Shown in pieces: positions 25,382 through 37,102 of a DNA stretch of 64,000 nucleotides; the stretch's first letter is position 1, and each line of letters starts with the position of its first letter. The position numbers were made by a program, and so were the translations under genes. Source of the stretch: Chiloscyllium plagiosum (taxonomy: Eukaryota); NCBI RefSeq assembly GCF_004010195.1, contig NC_057718.1, positions 104,038,342-104,102,341 of the forward strand. Direction: 5' to 3'. Under the pieces are notes generated by a model. It made no database searches. It was given only the letters and a program-made list of their open reading frames with translations, and was not told where the DNA came from.

Positions 25382-25693
25382 AGACTGAGAGGAGCAGGAA
25401 TTCCTTCCCACAGAGTCTCTGGAATTCTTGACCCTGGAGCCTGTGGAAGCTCAGTCATTGAGTATGTTTAAGATATGGCATGAAAGATTTCTAGAGACGA
25501 TTGACATCAGAGGATGGTGGGTTTGTGGGAGTGTGAAAGACTGAGAGGAGCAGGAATTCCTTCCCACAGAGTCTCTGGAATTCTTGACCCTGGAGCCTGT
25601 GGAAGCTCAGTCATTGAGTATGTTTAAGACATGGCATGAAAGATTTCTAGAGACGAATGACATCAGAGGATGGTGGGTTTGTGGGAGTGTGAA
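25382..25693 (+). repeat. Head-to-tail tandem duplication, 2 x 156 bp, within an old CR1 3' fragment
   Basis: 25382-25537 and 25538-25693 differ at 2 positions. Confidence 0.95.
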
Positions 25694-25714
25694 GTAGATT
25701 GTTCAACCACGGAC

Positions 25715-25996
25715 CATGGAATCCCTACACTGTGGAAGCAGGCCGTTCAGCCCACCGAGTCCACACCAACCCGCCAAAGAGCATCCCACCCAGACCCATA
25801 CCATCCCTGTAACCCTGCATTTCCCATGGCCAATCCATCCTAATCTGCACACTCTTGAACACTATGGGCAACTTACATCTTTGGGCTGTGGGAGGAAACC
25901 CACGCAGACACGGGGAGAATGTGCAAATTCCACACAGACAGTCACCCAAGACTGAAATCGAACCTGGCTCCCTGGGGCTGTGAGGCAGCAGTGCAC
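25715..25996 (-). mobile_element. HE1/V-SINE (head partly truncated)
   Basis: cacgcagacacggggagaatgtgcaaattccacacagacagtcacc V-domain. Confidence 0.85.
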
Positions 25997-26484
25997 TGGC
26001 ACTGGTAGAGCACTTTTGAGGGGCTGAATGGCCTGCTTCTGTTCCTATGTTCCTAATCAAGTCTGCAAATCATTCAAGTGATTTTCAGTGTCATCAAACT
26101 CTACATCCTGTTCAAAGCGTGAACTAAATGAAGCAATTAATCAGCTCGTAGATTTGTGAAATTTTCTTTAAATTTATTTGTAAACTTTTCACTAAGTGAA
26201 GTCATGCAAATGTTATTCAATCAGAATGATACAAAGTTGGAAGTGTGATGAAATTTTTAACTAATGCGAAATGTTTCTGGGCAGGGAAGAATTTTATTTT
26301 TTACTTTATCTCATACTTTGCTGGGAAAGGTTTCCATCAAGCTTTCAGAAAAAAAATTCAGGTAATTAGGAAAAGGGCGTAATTTAGCATTGTTGTCATG
26401 GGAGGGGGGTCAGCGTAGGGAAGTGGGTTAGGATTTGGGACAGAAATGGGTGTTGGGGATTTAAAGGGAGTTTCTACGTTGACC

Positions 26485-26977
26485 CTGTTATAGGAAGGTT
26501 ATTATTAAACTGGAGAGGGTTCAGAAGAGATTTATCAGGATGTTGCTGAGAAAGGAGGTTTTGAGTTATAAAGAAAGGCTGGATAGGCTGGGAGTTCTTC
26601 ACTGGAGTGTAGGAGGTTGAGAGGTGATCTTATAGAGGTTTATAAAATCATGAGCAGTACAGATGAGGTGAATGGTAGGTGCCTATTCCCTAGGATGGGG
26701 GATTTCAAAAGACTAGGGGGCAAATTGTAATGGTGAAAGGAGAGCGATTTAAAAAAGACATGAGGGGCAAATATTTTACACAGAGGGTGATTCACGTGTG
26801 GAATGACCTTCCTGAGGAAGTGGTGGATGTGGGCACGGTTACAATATTTAAAAGACATTTGGATGAAAGGTCTGGAGGGCTATGGGCCAGGAGCAGGCAG
26901 GTGGGACTGGTTTAGTTTGGGAACATGGTCAGTGTGGACTGGTTGGGCTGAATCCGTTCTTGATGACTCTGTGACTC
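26485..26977 (+). mobile_element. CR1 3' end
   Basis: KLERVQKRFIRML...; ORF 26730..26915; gactctgtgactc tail. Confidence 0.88.
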
Positions 26978-27378
26978 ACACTTCCCACCTTCAAATCAGA
27001 AGGTTATAGTGACCAATCCCATCCCATTGGTGCTGAGAATATTCGGTGAACTCTCCAGGGCTGTAGGGTCAGAGGGACTGTCCTTTGGATGGTATGTTAA
27101 ACTGAGGCCCCTTTGTCTACTCTCCCAGGAGGTTGCAAAACATTTGAGGCAGAGCAGGCGAGCTAGCGCAGGTCTCCTGGTTGGTTAGTTATCTTGAATT
27201 AACTAAAACAGATCATCTGGTCACTGTCAGATTGCTAATTGTGGGAGCTTGCTGTGCACAGTCAGGCAACCACATTTCCTTCATCGCAACAGTGCATGAG
27301 TTCAACAGTAATACAGTTGGTTGCAAAGTGCTTTAGAATTCCTGAGCTGGAGAAAGGTGCTACATAAATGCACCTTCT
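26978..27378 (+). mobile_element. Near full-length Deu-domain SINE (SacSINE1/AmnSINE-like)
   Basis: aaaacagatcatctggtca..attgctaattgtgggagcttgctgtgcaca core and aaaggtgctacataaatgca tail. Confidence 0.78.
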
Positions 27379-28344
27379 ATAACTGTCCTTTTGGATGCGT
27401 GTAGTTGTGTGTTTGGAAGGTGATGCAGCATTCCCCATTTCTGTGCTGATACCACAAACAGTCCTTGATAAATTTTCAATGTGTTCGAGCCCAAGTTGCC
27501 ATTAGACTGATCAAAGAGCCTTGAAATATTCTCAGGTGCTGACAGACCTGTAAGGGCTGCCTTGTGTCTTTTTACTGGGTGCAAGGCAGTGGTTACAGCA
27601 TTCAGTGGTGTGCTAATGATGATGGGAGTGAAAGATTACCAGGGAATATGCTGGAATGTAGAGCTGAGGATAAACCAGACCTGCCATGATCTTATTAAAT
27701 GGTGGAGCAGACTCAATGGGCCGAATGGCCTGCGCTTGATGCTTGTTCACATGATGAGTTTTATATCATTATAATTAATTCATCATCTCCCTACCTTTCC
27801 ACTACCTCCATGTTTGAAAATGCCACAAAGAAATGCGTGTACGTTCGTGACTGAGTCCAGTAATTTAGAGGTAGGTAGCTTCTTGACTAAGGGTTACAGG
27901 GGAGAAAGCATGAGAAAGATATCAAACATGATCCAATGGCAGAGCAGGCCCGATGGGCTGAATGGCCTGTATCTTATGGTGCCATGATTCTAGCCTCTCT
28001 CACAGACTGTACATCAAGCTGAATCTTCCTGTTGGCTCCTTCTCCATGTTAATCAAACTCTAATTCAATGTTCAATTCCATTTCCGAGATGATGGAAATC
28101 CCAGCCATCACAGGTGGGACAGGAAAATCACAGGAGGCCAGAATCAAGGAAGCAGCAAAATCTCAGGGTTGTGGCATTGGAGAGGATCGCGGAGATATGG
28201 AGAGGCAAGGCCAGGCAAAGGGTTGAAAAAGGCAGATGACAATTTTAAAAATCAAGACATCGCTGCCTGAGAGTCAGTGTAGGTCAGCAAGTACAGGTGA
28301 CATGGGAGATCTGGATTTCTTGCGAGTTAAAACCCAGGCAGCAT

Positions 28345-28725
28345 ATCATCATCGTCAACGGTCCCTCATAGATGAGGGTGACTCTCTCCCACTCTCTGGG
28401 TGTGTCTGTAGGTTACTGTACAGACCCCCCCATTGGCCTACTGCAGACTCTGTTACACTGGGGGCAGAAGGAGGTCGTGGGAAGGGGTGGGTGTGGTGAC
28501 GGTGTGACAACACCCCCCTTTCCCAGTTTCCGCCAGGCTTCTGCTTTTTCCTGACGGCAAGTCTCAAGGTATTCCTGGATGCTCCTCCTCCACATTGGAT
28601 GGTCTTGGGTCAGTGATTCCCAGGTGTCTGTGGGAATGCTGCATGTCCCCAGTGAGGCCTTGTGGGTATTTCCTCTGTCCCACCTGGGGCTCCCCTGCTA
28701 TTTCGGAGCTGGGAGTAGGACAGGG
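28345..28725 (-). mobile_element. RTE-clade LINE 3' end
   Basis: Minus strand reads ASLGTCSIPTDTWESLTQDHPMWRRSI (RTE ORF C-terminus) with a (GAT)n tail. Confidence 0.7.
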
Positions 28726-31189
28726 CACAGGTATGTAGCTTTGGGGGCCCAGAGCTTTACAGAGGGCAGGAGGTGGTTCAACAGCCAGGAGATTCAACAG
28801 TCAGAATAACTGAGTCAAAAGGTATTGGAGGCATGAATGATGCTTATGGTGAGGGTTTCAGCAGAAGGTGAGCTATGAGGGGGATATTCCAGACATGGGA
28901 ATGGTTACCTTAGTAATGATGTGAATATTGGGGTCAGAAGCTCATCCCAGGATCAAATGCAACACCACCACACTGGGTAATCTCTGACTGTTGCTCGGGA
29001 CATGGATAGATAAGAAACCGAGGTTTTAGCAAACAATAGCATGGCCCTTCCCAATATCGAATAGGAGGAAATTTCTGCTTATCCGGGTTGGCAATCCGGA
29101 TCCCCAACCTGGGAAGATGTGAGTATTTGATCATGAGGTGAGCAGGCAAAATCTAATAAGCCAGTCAGTTCGAAGCAAGTCTCCCTGTAAGCTCAGTCAC
29201 ACTCACAGAATCCAAGACTCTTACAGCATCTTCCCACTTCATCTGAAGGAGCTTTCTGCCACATGGCTGTGAAAGAGAAGTAACCATGCTTTTGTTTAAC
29301 TCGGCAGGACTCCAGGTAATTTCCCTATGCATATTTCATATACCGTGAAAAGTGAGCATTACCTCTGTTCTGCCGATGTGCAGTGATTACAATGGCTGCT
29401 CTTAGTGCCAATAATGATAAAGTACACAGGCACACTTTTCCCCTCCACGTGTGGGGGAGGTTGGGGAACCGGTGGGGAGTATTTAAAGGTGAAAGTGATT
29501 TACCGATCTGAAAGCACTTTGGAAGTTGTCAGCTTTTTCCCTATTCCAGACCTATGAAATTAAACAAATAATCTACTTTTCCCTAATTTTCAAACCAATA
29601 AGTTGACATGTTTCACAGAATTATCCTTCTCCAACCTGACTAATTGAACAATGAGTTTGAACAATAAAATACTCTGGATGTTTGAGCGTGGATTGATGTT
29701 ATTTTGCATGAGATTAAGCCAAAGCTCTGCAGTGCTCTGTCCTAGTTTACGTTAATTCCCACTTAACCACCACTGCTCTATGGTTTGGCCTCCATGACCT
29801 CTGTAACCTTTATGATGGCTGGAATTTACCAGGTCATTGGAACAGGCTGGGAGTGAGGATGAGGGTCCACTCAAGGGGATGGGGAGGCAAGGAGCCTGTC
29901 ACCTTCTCCACTGGCCTTAGTTTCTTACCTATGGGAAAATGGAGGCTGACATTCCTGACCAGAGGTCCATTGAGACACTAAAAATTCTGTCTTCTACCAC
30001 CAGTGGTAATTGTTGCAAGTTATGGATAGGCCCTGTGCCAGGCCAGAACCCGGAATGGTAATCTCTGCTTGTGGGGTGTGAGTAGACATTTGTATTTGGG
30101 CACTTTGTCACTCAATGAGAGACCCCCACCACCTAATCCCCATCTCCCCATCCCCCATTGGAAATGGCTACCACCCTATCAGAATCCACCATCCCTACCT
30201 TCCCCCAAATGTTCAGCTCGCTGGGGGTCCTGGCTAACCTTTTCTGATGCGCCATGATCCTATGACTCTAGTAGGCCATTCTCATCACTTCCTCCCTTCT
30301 ATGCGCAGTCCCAGTGATGGCCACCATTCATGGTGGCGCCGCAGAGCTGCATAAAGGAGCACGAAAGCCAACAGCAATCAAACAGCTAAGAAAATGCAGT
30401 CGGGAGCCCACAAACCACTGAGCAAAGGCATTGCTCGGTCTTCAGTTGGAATATTGTGGACCATTTCTGGGCTTCATGTTCCACGTAAACTGAGAGCCCT
30501 CAGACAGGGGAGGATTCCCAGCATATCCATGACTTTATGAGTGCAGCTATATGGCTAGTGTTACTGTGAATATTGACTCTGGAATATCCCCCAGCCATTC
30601 TTTTAATTGCAGGTCTCCTTTACAGTGACTGTACAATTCTATCAAAAGCAGCCAACAGCAATAAGAACTCTATTAGACACATTCTCCTACTTGAGTACAG
30701 TTTCCAACTAAATGAAAGAAAAGGAATATCAAGACAAAAGGTAGTCAAGCATTTTGAATTGAATCTGCCAGTTTATTACTGAGTAACTGTATATTGCTGC
30801 AATGAACTACATATTTCATTAGGTTCTGAACTCTTTTCCGAACTATGAATACCAAATAATGTAAGAAGTGCATTTCAATCTAATTTAATTCCTCATCATG
30901 TGCAGATCCGTATGTGAAACAGGGAAATGTCCATTAGCCACAAGTGATTACTGTGTTTGTCCATTTCAAGAGAAAAACCAGGTTAATTCAAAAGACAGTG
31001 GAAAATTTACATGACATTTGCAATGTCACTCTTGGACAATTTTGGATCTATTTTCAACAAGAAGTGAAGACATCTTTCTTTTGCCTTATTGCAGCTTTTT
31101 CCAGGGAATTTAAAAATCATAAACTTTTAAAATGCATTGATACATCAATTTTAATTGATGAATGTTGTGTTCGCATGATGCACCAGATT

Positions 31190-31795
31190 CACATCTCTGA
31201 TGCATCCAGAGTATTGCGTACGGTTTCGATCCCCTTACTTAAGGGAGGATGTAATTGTATTGGAAGGAGCTCAGCGGTAGCTCACTGGATTGATTCCAGA
31301 GAACAGAGGTTTGTCTTATGAGGAGTGGTTGAGCAGTTTAGATCTGTGTTCACTAAAGTTTGGAAGGATGACAGGAAAGCTAATTGATGAACATAAGACA
31401 ATAAAGGAGATTGACAAAAATAGGCTTCCACTTATAGAACAATCTAAAACAAGAGATTATAGCTGGCAATGTTTCAAACAGACCTGAGGTGTCATGAAGG
31501 TCCACAGCGCAGATGGAGGTCCTTTGGCCCATTGGGCCTGTGCCAAGGGATTGCTTCTCACAAAGTGTGATGAGTCAGTGGAATTCACTCGCTAGAGTGA
31601 GATGGATACTGAGATATGGAGTAATTTAAGGAGGAGATAGACATTTTACATTAGTAACAGGTTGAATGGTTCCAGGAAGTGGGCAGGAAAGCTGAGTTGC
31701 AGCCAAGGTGGGGTCAGCCATGACCAAATTAAACATTAAAGCAGGGCTCGAAGGGCTGTATGGCCTACTCCTGCTCTGAGATCTTATGTTCTTAT
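31190..31795 (+). mobile_element. Old CR1 3' region
   Basis: ORF 31290..31487 (IPENRGLSYEEWLSSLDLCSLKF); tail ggcctactcctgctc..tcttatgttcttat. Confidence 0.75.
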
Positions 31796-31943
31796 AGTGA
31801 GGTGCTACTAAGGTTCAGGGGCCAGGGTTGGGGGGTGGGGGGTGGGGTGGAGGTAGGGGTCATTGAGGTCCATGAAGATTGATTCGATAGCTTTGTGAGA
31901 AATTAGAGCCATTAAGACAGAAATAATTACACATTTGTATATA

Positions 31944-32599
31944 CAGGGGGAACCTCGATTATCCGAATACCAATTATCCAAAAATCGGATTATCCGAAGG
32001 AGACCTCGAGGTCCCGATAGAAACATTACATCAAAGACGTGTTTCCAACAGCGATCACGTCTTTTGCTTACAGTGATTAAACAGGGACGGTCTCCAAATG
32101 ACTGACCTCCCGCCCTCTCTCTCTCCCCACTCTTTCCTTGGTGTTCTACACAGGGGTGTACCCTAACACCCCCCGACCCCCACCCCCTTCCCAGGAATAA
32201 TCTCTCCAACATTGTCCTGTGCAGGGCAAACGTGGAACCGGTCAAAAATTTGCAGGAAAAAGTTGTGTGGCTGTGGCTGTGGGTGTGCATGATTTGGAGA
32301 CTTACCCCACAGAGGCAACAGCAGCAGTCTTGTTGTTGGTGTGCAGTCCAGATACCCCCGAGAGGGCGCGGAGGTGGTAGCAGGTTTCAAACGGGTTGGG
32401 GGCGAAGGGGGGGGTGAGGGGGGCAGGTTTGGACCAGATTGGGGTGGGAGATGGGGTGCTGCTGCAGTCTCCTGAACGGGGAGCAGACTTTAAAAACTCC
32501 GAGCCCCAGAGGAAAGGCATTTAATCGATTAACCAAATAATCGATTATCCGAACGAAATAGTGCCCGCCCATCTCGTTCAGATAATCAAGTTTCCACTG
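31944..32599. mobile_element. Non-autonomous Tc1/mariner (Tigger/pogo-like) DNA transposon, ~656 bp
   Basis: TIRs CAGGGGGAACCTCGATTATCCGAA and TTCAGATAATCAAGTTTCCACTG; TA on the left, imperfect on the right; repeated GATTATCCGAA subterminal motifs; CpG-rich interior. Confidence 0.8.
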
Positions 32600-33234
32600 T
32601 TATGGAATTATGGGACGTGACATTATTGCTTGCCAAATAATGAATGAAACAGCATGCAAACTTTAAGGGTTGTTAAAAGCCTTTGACAACTATTTCACCC
32701 TCAGAATAAAACAATCTGGATAGCATCTAAATTCAATAAAGACTGAAGTATCCAGGTTAATTCTATGAGAAGATAAAAAATTAGGGCAGGATATCTATGG
32801 AACCCATTTATTCCTTCAGGAACAAAACCACGCGGGACACATTAGGTATGCTAAAGTGTCCAGGATAGATACCAAAGCTTTGAAGTCCTTACCAACTTTG
32901 TGAAACCTCTCAGACACAAACAGTGCCCAGCTTAAGAAAATCAAATGCGTTTGTACTGAGGAAGTAGGTCAGTTTATGGAAACGTGCTGAAGCAGGACAT
33001 AGCCACTGGTACGTAAAAGACCAAAGAAATGCCTGCACAGGGATAACTGAGGTAGAGCAGTCTCCAGAAGAAGATGAAACCTAAGTTTTTTTTAGGCAAA
33101 ATCAGTGACCCACCTCAATATTTTGCATGTAGACATTTATATCAATGGATTTCTCTTGAGTTTTCAAAACAAACACAGGAGTTAGTTCCACAATATTATC
33201 AGATCATAATTCTTGGTTATCCAAACACTGCTTA

Positions 33235-33903
33235 GGTAGATTGGATAGTGAAGAAGGCGTTTGGTATGCTTTCCTTTATCGGTCAGAGTATTGAGTACAG
33301 CAGTTGGGAGGTCATGTTGTGGCTGTACAGGATATTGGTTAGGCCATTGTTGGAATATTGTGTGTAATTCTGGTCTCCTTCCTATTGGAAAGATGTTGTG
33401 AAACTTGAAAGGGTTCAGAAAAGATTTACAAGGATGTTGCCAGGGTTGGAGGATTTGAGCTATGGGGAGAGGCTGAATAGGCTGGGGCTGTTTTCCCTGG
33501 AGTGTCAGAAGCTGAGGGGTGACCTTATAGAGGTTTACAAAGTTATGAGGGGAATGGATAGGATAAATAGACAAAGTATTTTCCCTGGGGTCGGGGAGTC
33601 CAGAACTAGAGGGGATAGGTTTAGGGTGAAAAGAGAAAGATATAAAAGAGACCTACGGGGCAACTTTTTCACACAGAGGGTGGTACGGGTGTGGAATGAG
33701 CTGCCAGAGGAAGTGGTGGAGGCTGGTACAATTGCAACATTTAAGAGGCATTTAGATGGGTATATGAATAGGAAGGGTTTGGAGGGATATGGGCCGGGTG
33801 CTGGCGGGTGGGACTAGATTGGGTTGGGATATCTGGTCGGCATGGGCGGGTTGGACCGAAGGGTCTGTTTCCATGCTGTACATCTCTATGATTCTATGAC
33901 TCT
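33235..33903 (+). mobile_element. Young CR1 (HER1-like) 3' region
   Basis: ORF 33398..33817 is an intact ORF2 C-terminus; ctctatgattctatgactct tail. Confidence 0.95.
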
Positions 33904-34942
33904 AAGTTCAATGGCATGTACCAGAGGGCATTGCATTTAGCAATAAACATACATCAAACATTAAACAAGAGGACTCCAAAAATTTGAAGTGCGATATATA
34001 CTTCACAACTAAGAATCTTCAGAGGCAACATTTGAACTATTTATTCTAGACAGACAATGGAAGCAGTCAGCAAATGAAGTGAGTGACAGGTCAGTGAGGA
34101 CCTTGTTATTTCAAATTCAAGCTGGCCTTAAGGGGCTGAGCTGATTAAGAAGGGATAAGGTCAAGTAAAATGTCTGTGAGCCCCCCCCCACCCATTCTCA
34201 CCACCGCACACCCCCCTTTCCTCCCTCCACCCCATTCACCTTCCAAAGAGGAATCCCCTATATTAATAAATTGTCAGGTACCATAACTGAGAAAGTGAAC
34301 AAACTAGTTTCACAAAAAGCTCAATTACTGAGAAGGAGCAAAAGCTATCAGCCTCAGCACAGATCTCCAGGCAGAATGAGGGCCAAATTCCCCTGAACAA
34401 AATGTGCTGCATACAACTCTGCTGAAGACACCACTGTGAGGAAACAACTCACGCAGATTAAAGGTACTGCCAAAGGAAATCTCAGCTGCTGTAATAGTGA
34501 CGACACTAACTTCAATAAATGGTCAGGCACATCACAGTGGAAGAAATATATAATGTTAAAGGACCAGTTCAGGAAAGGTCTACAGACCCCTGACTATCAG
34601 GGCGACAGTCCAAGTCAAATACCCTTCAACCCAACAATTTTCCAATTCCCAAGAAAACATGTTCAGGGAGAATCCTTAAACCCCCAGACCACCTGGATTT
34701 GTAAAGCCAAAGATTTGGAGGGAAATGGGGTGGTGGTATTTTTAATGTATGAAAAAATGTCCAACAATATGGGCACAAGGGAAACCAGACATGGGGGTGT
34801 AGGGGGGAAGGGAACCTAGTTAAGAATGGAGACTCGTGGGGGGGGGGGGGGGGGGGCAGTGGAGGGGGAGGGGTAGGGATTTGACTGAAAAACATGACAG
34901 GGTGTAAAGGAGGAGCTTGGAGCAGGCTGACCTGAGATTATT

Positions 34943-35356
34943 GGGCAGCACGGTGGCACAGTGGGGAGCAGCACAGTGGCACAGTGGGGGGCAGCACGGT
35001 GGCACAGTGGGGGGCAGCACGGTGGCACAGTGGGGGGTGGCATGGTGGCACAGTGGTTAGCACTGCTGCCTCACAGCGCCAGAGACCCGGGTTCAATTCC
35101 CGCCACAGGCGACTGACTGTGTGGAGTTTGCACATTCTCCCCGTGTCTGCGTGGGTTTCCTCCGGGTGCTCCGGTTTCCTCCCACAATCCAAAGATGTGC
35201 AGGTCAGGTGAATTGGCCATGCTAAATTGCCTGTAGTGTTAGGTAAGGGGCAAATGTAGGGGTGTGGGTGGGTTGCGCTTCGGCGGGGCGGTGTGGACTT
35301 GTTGGGCTGAAGGGCCTGTTTCCACACTGTAATGTAATCTAATCTAATCTAATCTA
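34943..35356 (+). mobile_element. Young HE1/V-SINE with five tandem copies of its 5' head
   Basis: ggcagcacggtggcacagtggg unit x5 (34943-35056), intact B box gggttcaattcc, V-domain with CpGs retained, (AATCT)n tail. Confidence 0.93.
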
Positions 35357-35769
35357 TATGCATTCTGTTTCCAGCAATTTGATAAAATTTATGTTGTTTG
35401 CTGAACAAGACTGTTCTAGTTAGACCAGAGAGGTGAATATCCTCATCTATTCCATTGCATTCCACATTGGGTTTAAAGGAACCCACAAACACAACAATCT
35501 CAGCTGTTCTGTCTTCCCTTAGATCTCTTACCCAATGTCACTACCTGTCATTATAGTGGTGAGCCTTGTAATAGCTGAAGTGCTGCGCATCACATAAGAG
35601 AGGTTTTTGGAGGCTCTTCTTTTAAGATTCAACATGTTATGATCTATTCACTCTCTTAACCTAACTATGAGTTCTACACAGTAGCATCTCTCTTCAGAGA
35701 CTCTCCTCCATCACCACTGAGGCCACAGAGGAATTTAAAGTCTAGCTTTTGCCAAGACTGGGAGGCAAT

Positions 35770-36520
35770 GTCAACTGAGGAGTGATGTTTGAATGGGACT
35801 GGTCGAAGCTAGGACACAGGTGGTACTTGTTTCAGATGCAATAAATTTTCAAGGCGGGTGGAAAATGAGGGACCAGAAAGGCCATCCTCCAAACAGTCAA
35901 GAGCTGAGCCACCAAGGTGAGGCTGAGGATTTCAGCAGCAGGCGAGGCAGAGGCAGAGACAGAGGCGAGGGGCAAGTAAAGCAAATGAGGTGAAAGGTCT
36001 CCGGCTGAAAATCCTTCCTTAAAAGGCAAGGCCGAAGGACATAGTGAAAGAAGAGAGTGAGTGTACTGGAGATCAGTCAGTAGAGAATTGACTGCTCAAG
36101 CTAAACTTTGCAACATTAAAACAGAGTTCTGTATTAAAGCAATCATTGAGATTTTCAAAGAGAAGTCGTTGCAAAAATGAGTGAAATATACTTGAAAGTT
36201 AATTTGTGGGAGCAGGTATTGATTAGTAAATATTCCCAAGTGGGAGTTTTCAGGAAGGTAAGTATAGAAGATGCCATTAAAGGAGAGTGCAGGAAAGGAA
36301 TGGTGAATGGTGTAATCCACATTAACAGCATCAAGCTAATTAAAAGCTTTTTTATAGATGGCCTCAGAAGGCTTGGAAGTTGATGCTTTGTTAAATAATT
36401 TGAAAGGAGAGGTGGATAAGTGTCTGATAGAAGGTGTGATTGAAGGTTTGTAAAATAAATGGGCAACATTGCTTGTGAGCTGAATATGCTGGGAGCATAG
36501 ACCTCAGCTGTCGAGAATAA
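35770..36520 (-). mobile_element. Old L2-type LINE fragment
   Basis: Degenerate RT-like remnants (e.g. LDAVNVDYTI resembling AAFDTVDH) on the minus strand. Confidence 0.4.
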
Positions 36521-36907
36521 TAGGCATCACTCATTCCAGCCCATATCTTGCTTGTCAGAAATTCTCTCAACAGGAAGAAATTTCATGCAGTTTTAATTTC
36601 AAATTTTCACTAGTCAGGCTATTGGGAAAAGGTAGGAGGAATGAGTAAATGAGTGAAATTTGCACACAGCTGGCATGGACATGGCAGACTGAATGGCCTC
36701 CTGTGCTGTAACTGTTCTACAATTACTATGGCATGGACCAAATCTTGGATTGGGTACTGAGTAGGATGATCAGCCATAGAGTCAGTGGGTCATACAGCAC
36801 AGAAGAGACCCTTTGGCCCATCAAGTCAGCACCAACCTATCTCCACGAGTCTCACTATCCAACATGAGGCCCATAGCCTTGAATGTTCTGACACTTCACG
36901 CACTCAG

Positions 36908-37102
36908 GACAAAGTGAGGACCGCAGATGTTGGAGATCAGAGTCAAGAGTGTGGTGCTGGAAAAGCACAGCAGGTCAGGCAGTGTCTGACGATCAGAATC
37001 GACGTTTAAGGCAGAAGCCCTTCATCAGGACAGTGCCTGAAATGTTGATTCTCCTGCTCTTTGGATGCTGCCTGACCGGCTGTGCTTTTCCAGCACCACA
37101 CT
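36908..37102. mobile_element. Inverted pair of Penelope-type terminal repeats (fold-back) with hammerhead motif
   Basis: Arms 36948-36982 and 37068-37102 are 34/35 complementary; the minus strand contains CTGATGAAGGGCTTCTGCCTTAAACGTC. Confidence 0.75.

Noticed and set aside
29308..29315. Possible 8-nt microexon (ggcag|GACTCCAG|gtaatt)
   Set aside because: Frame-shifting length; such matches are expected by chance in 64 kb.
34943..35056. Short direct-repeat array resembling CRISPR
   Set aside because: No unique spacers, eukaryotic context, and the unit is the SINE head.
35040..35110. tRNA-like sequences at SINE heads
   Set aside because: They continue into the V-SINE core and lack a proper cloverleaf, so they are SINE promoters, not tRNA genes.
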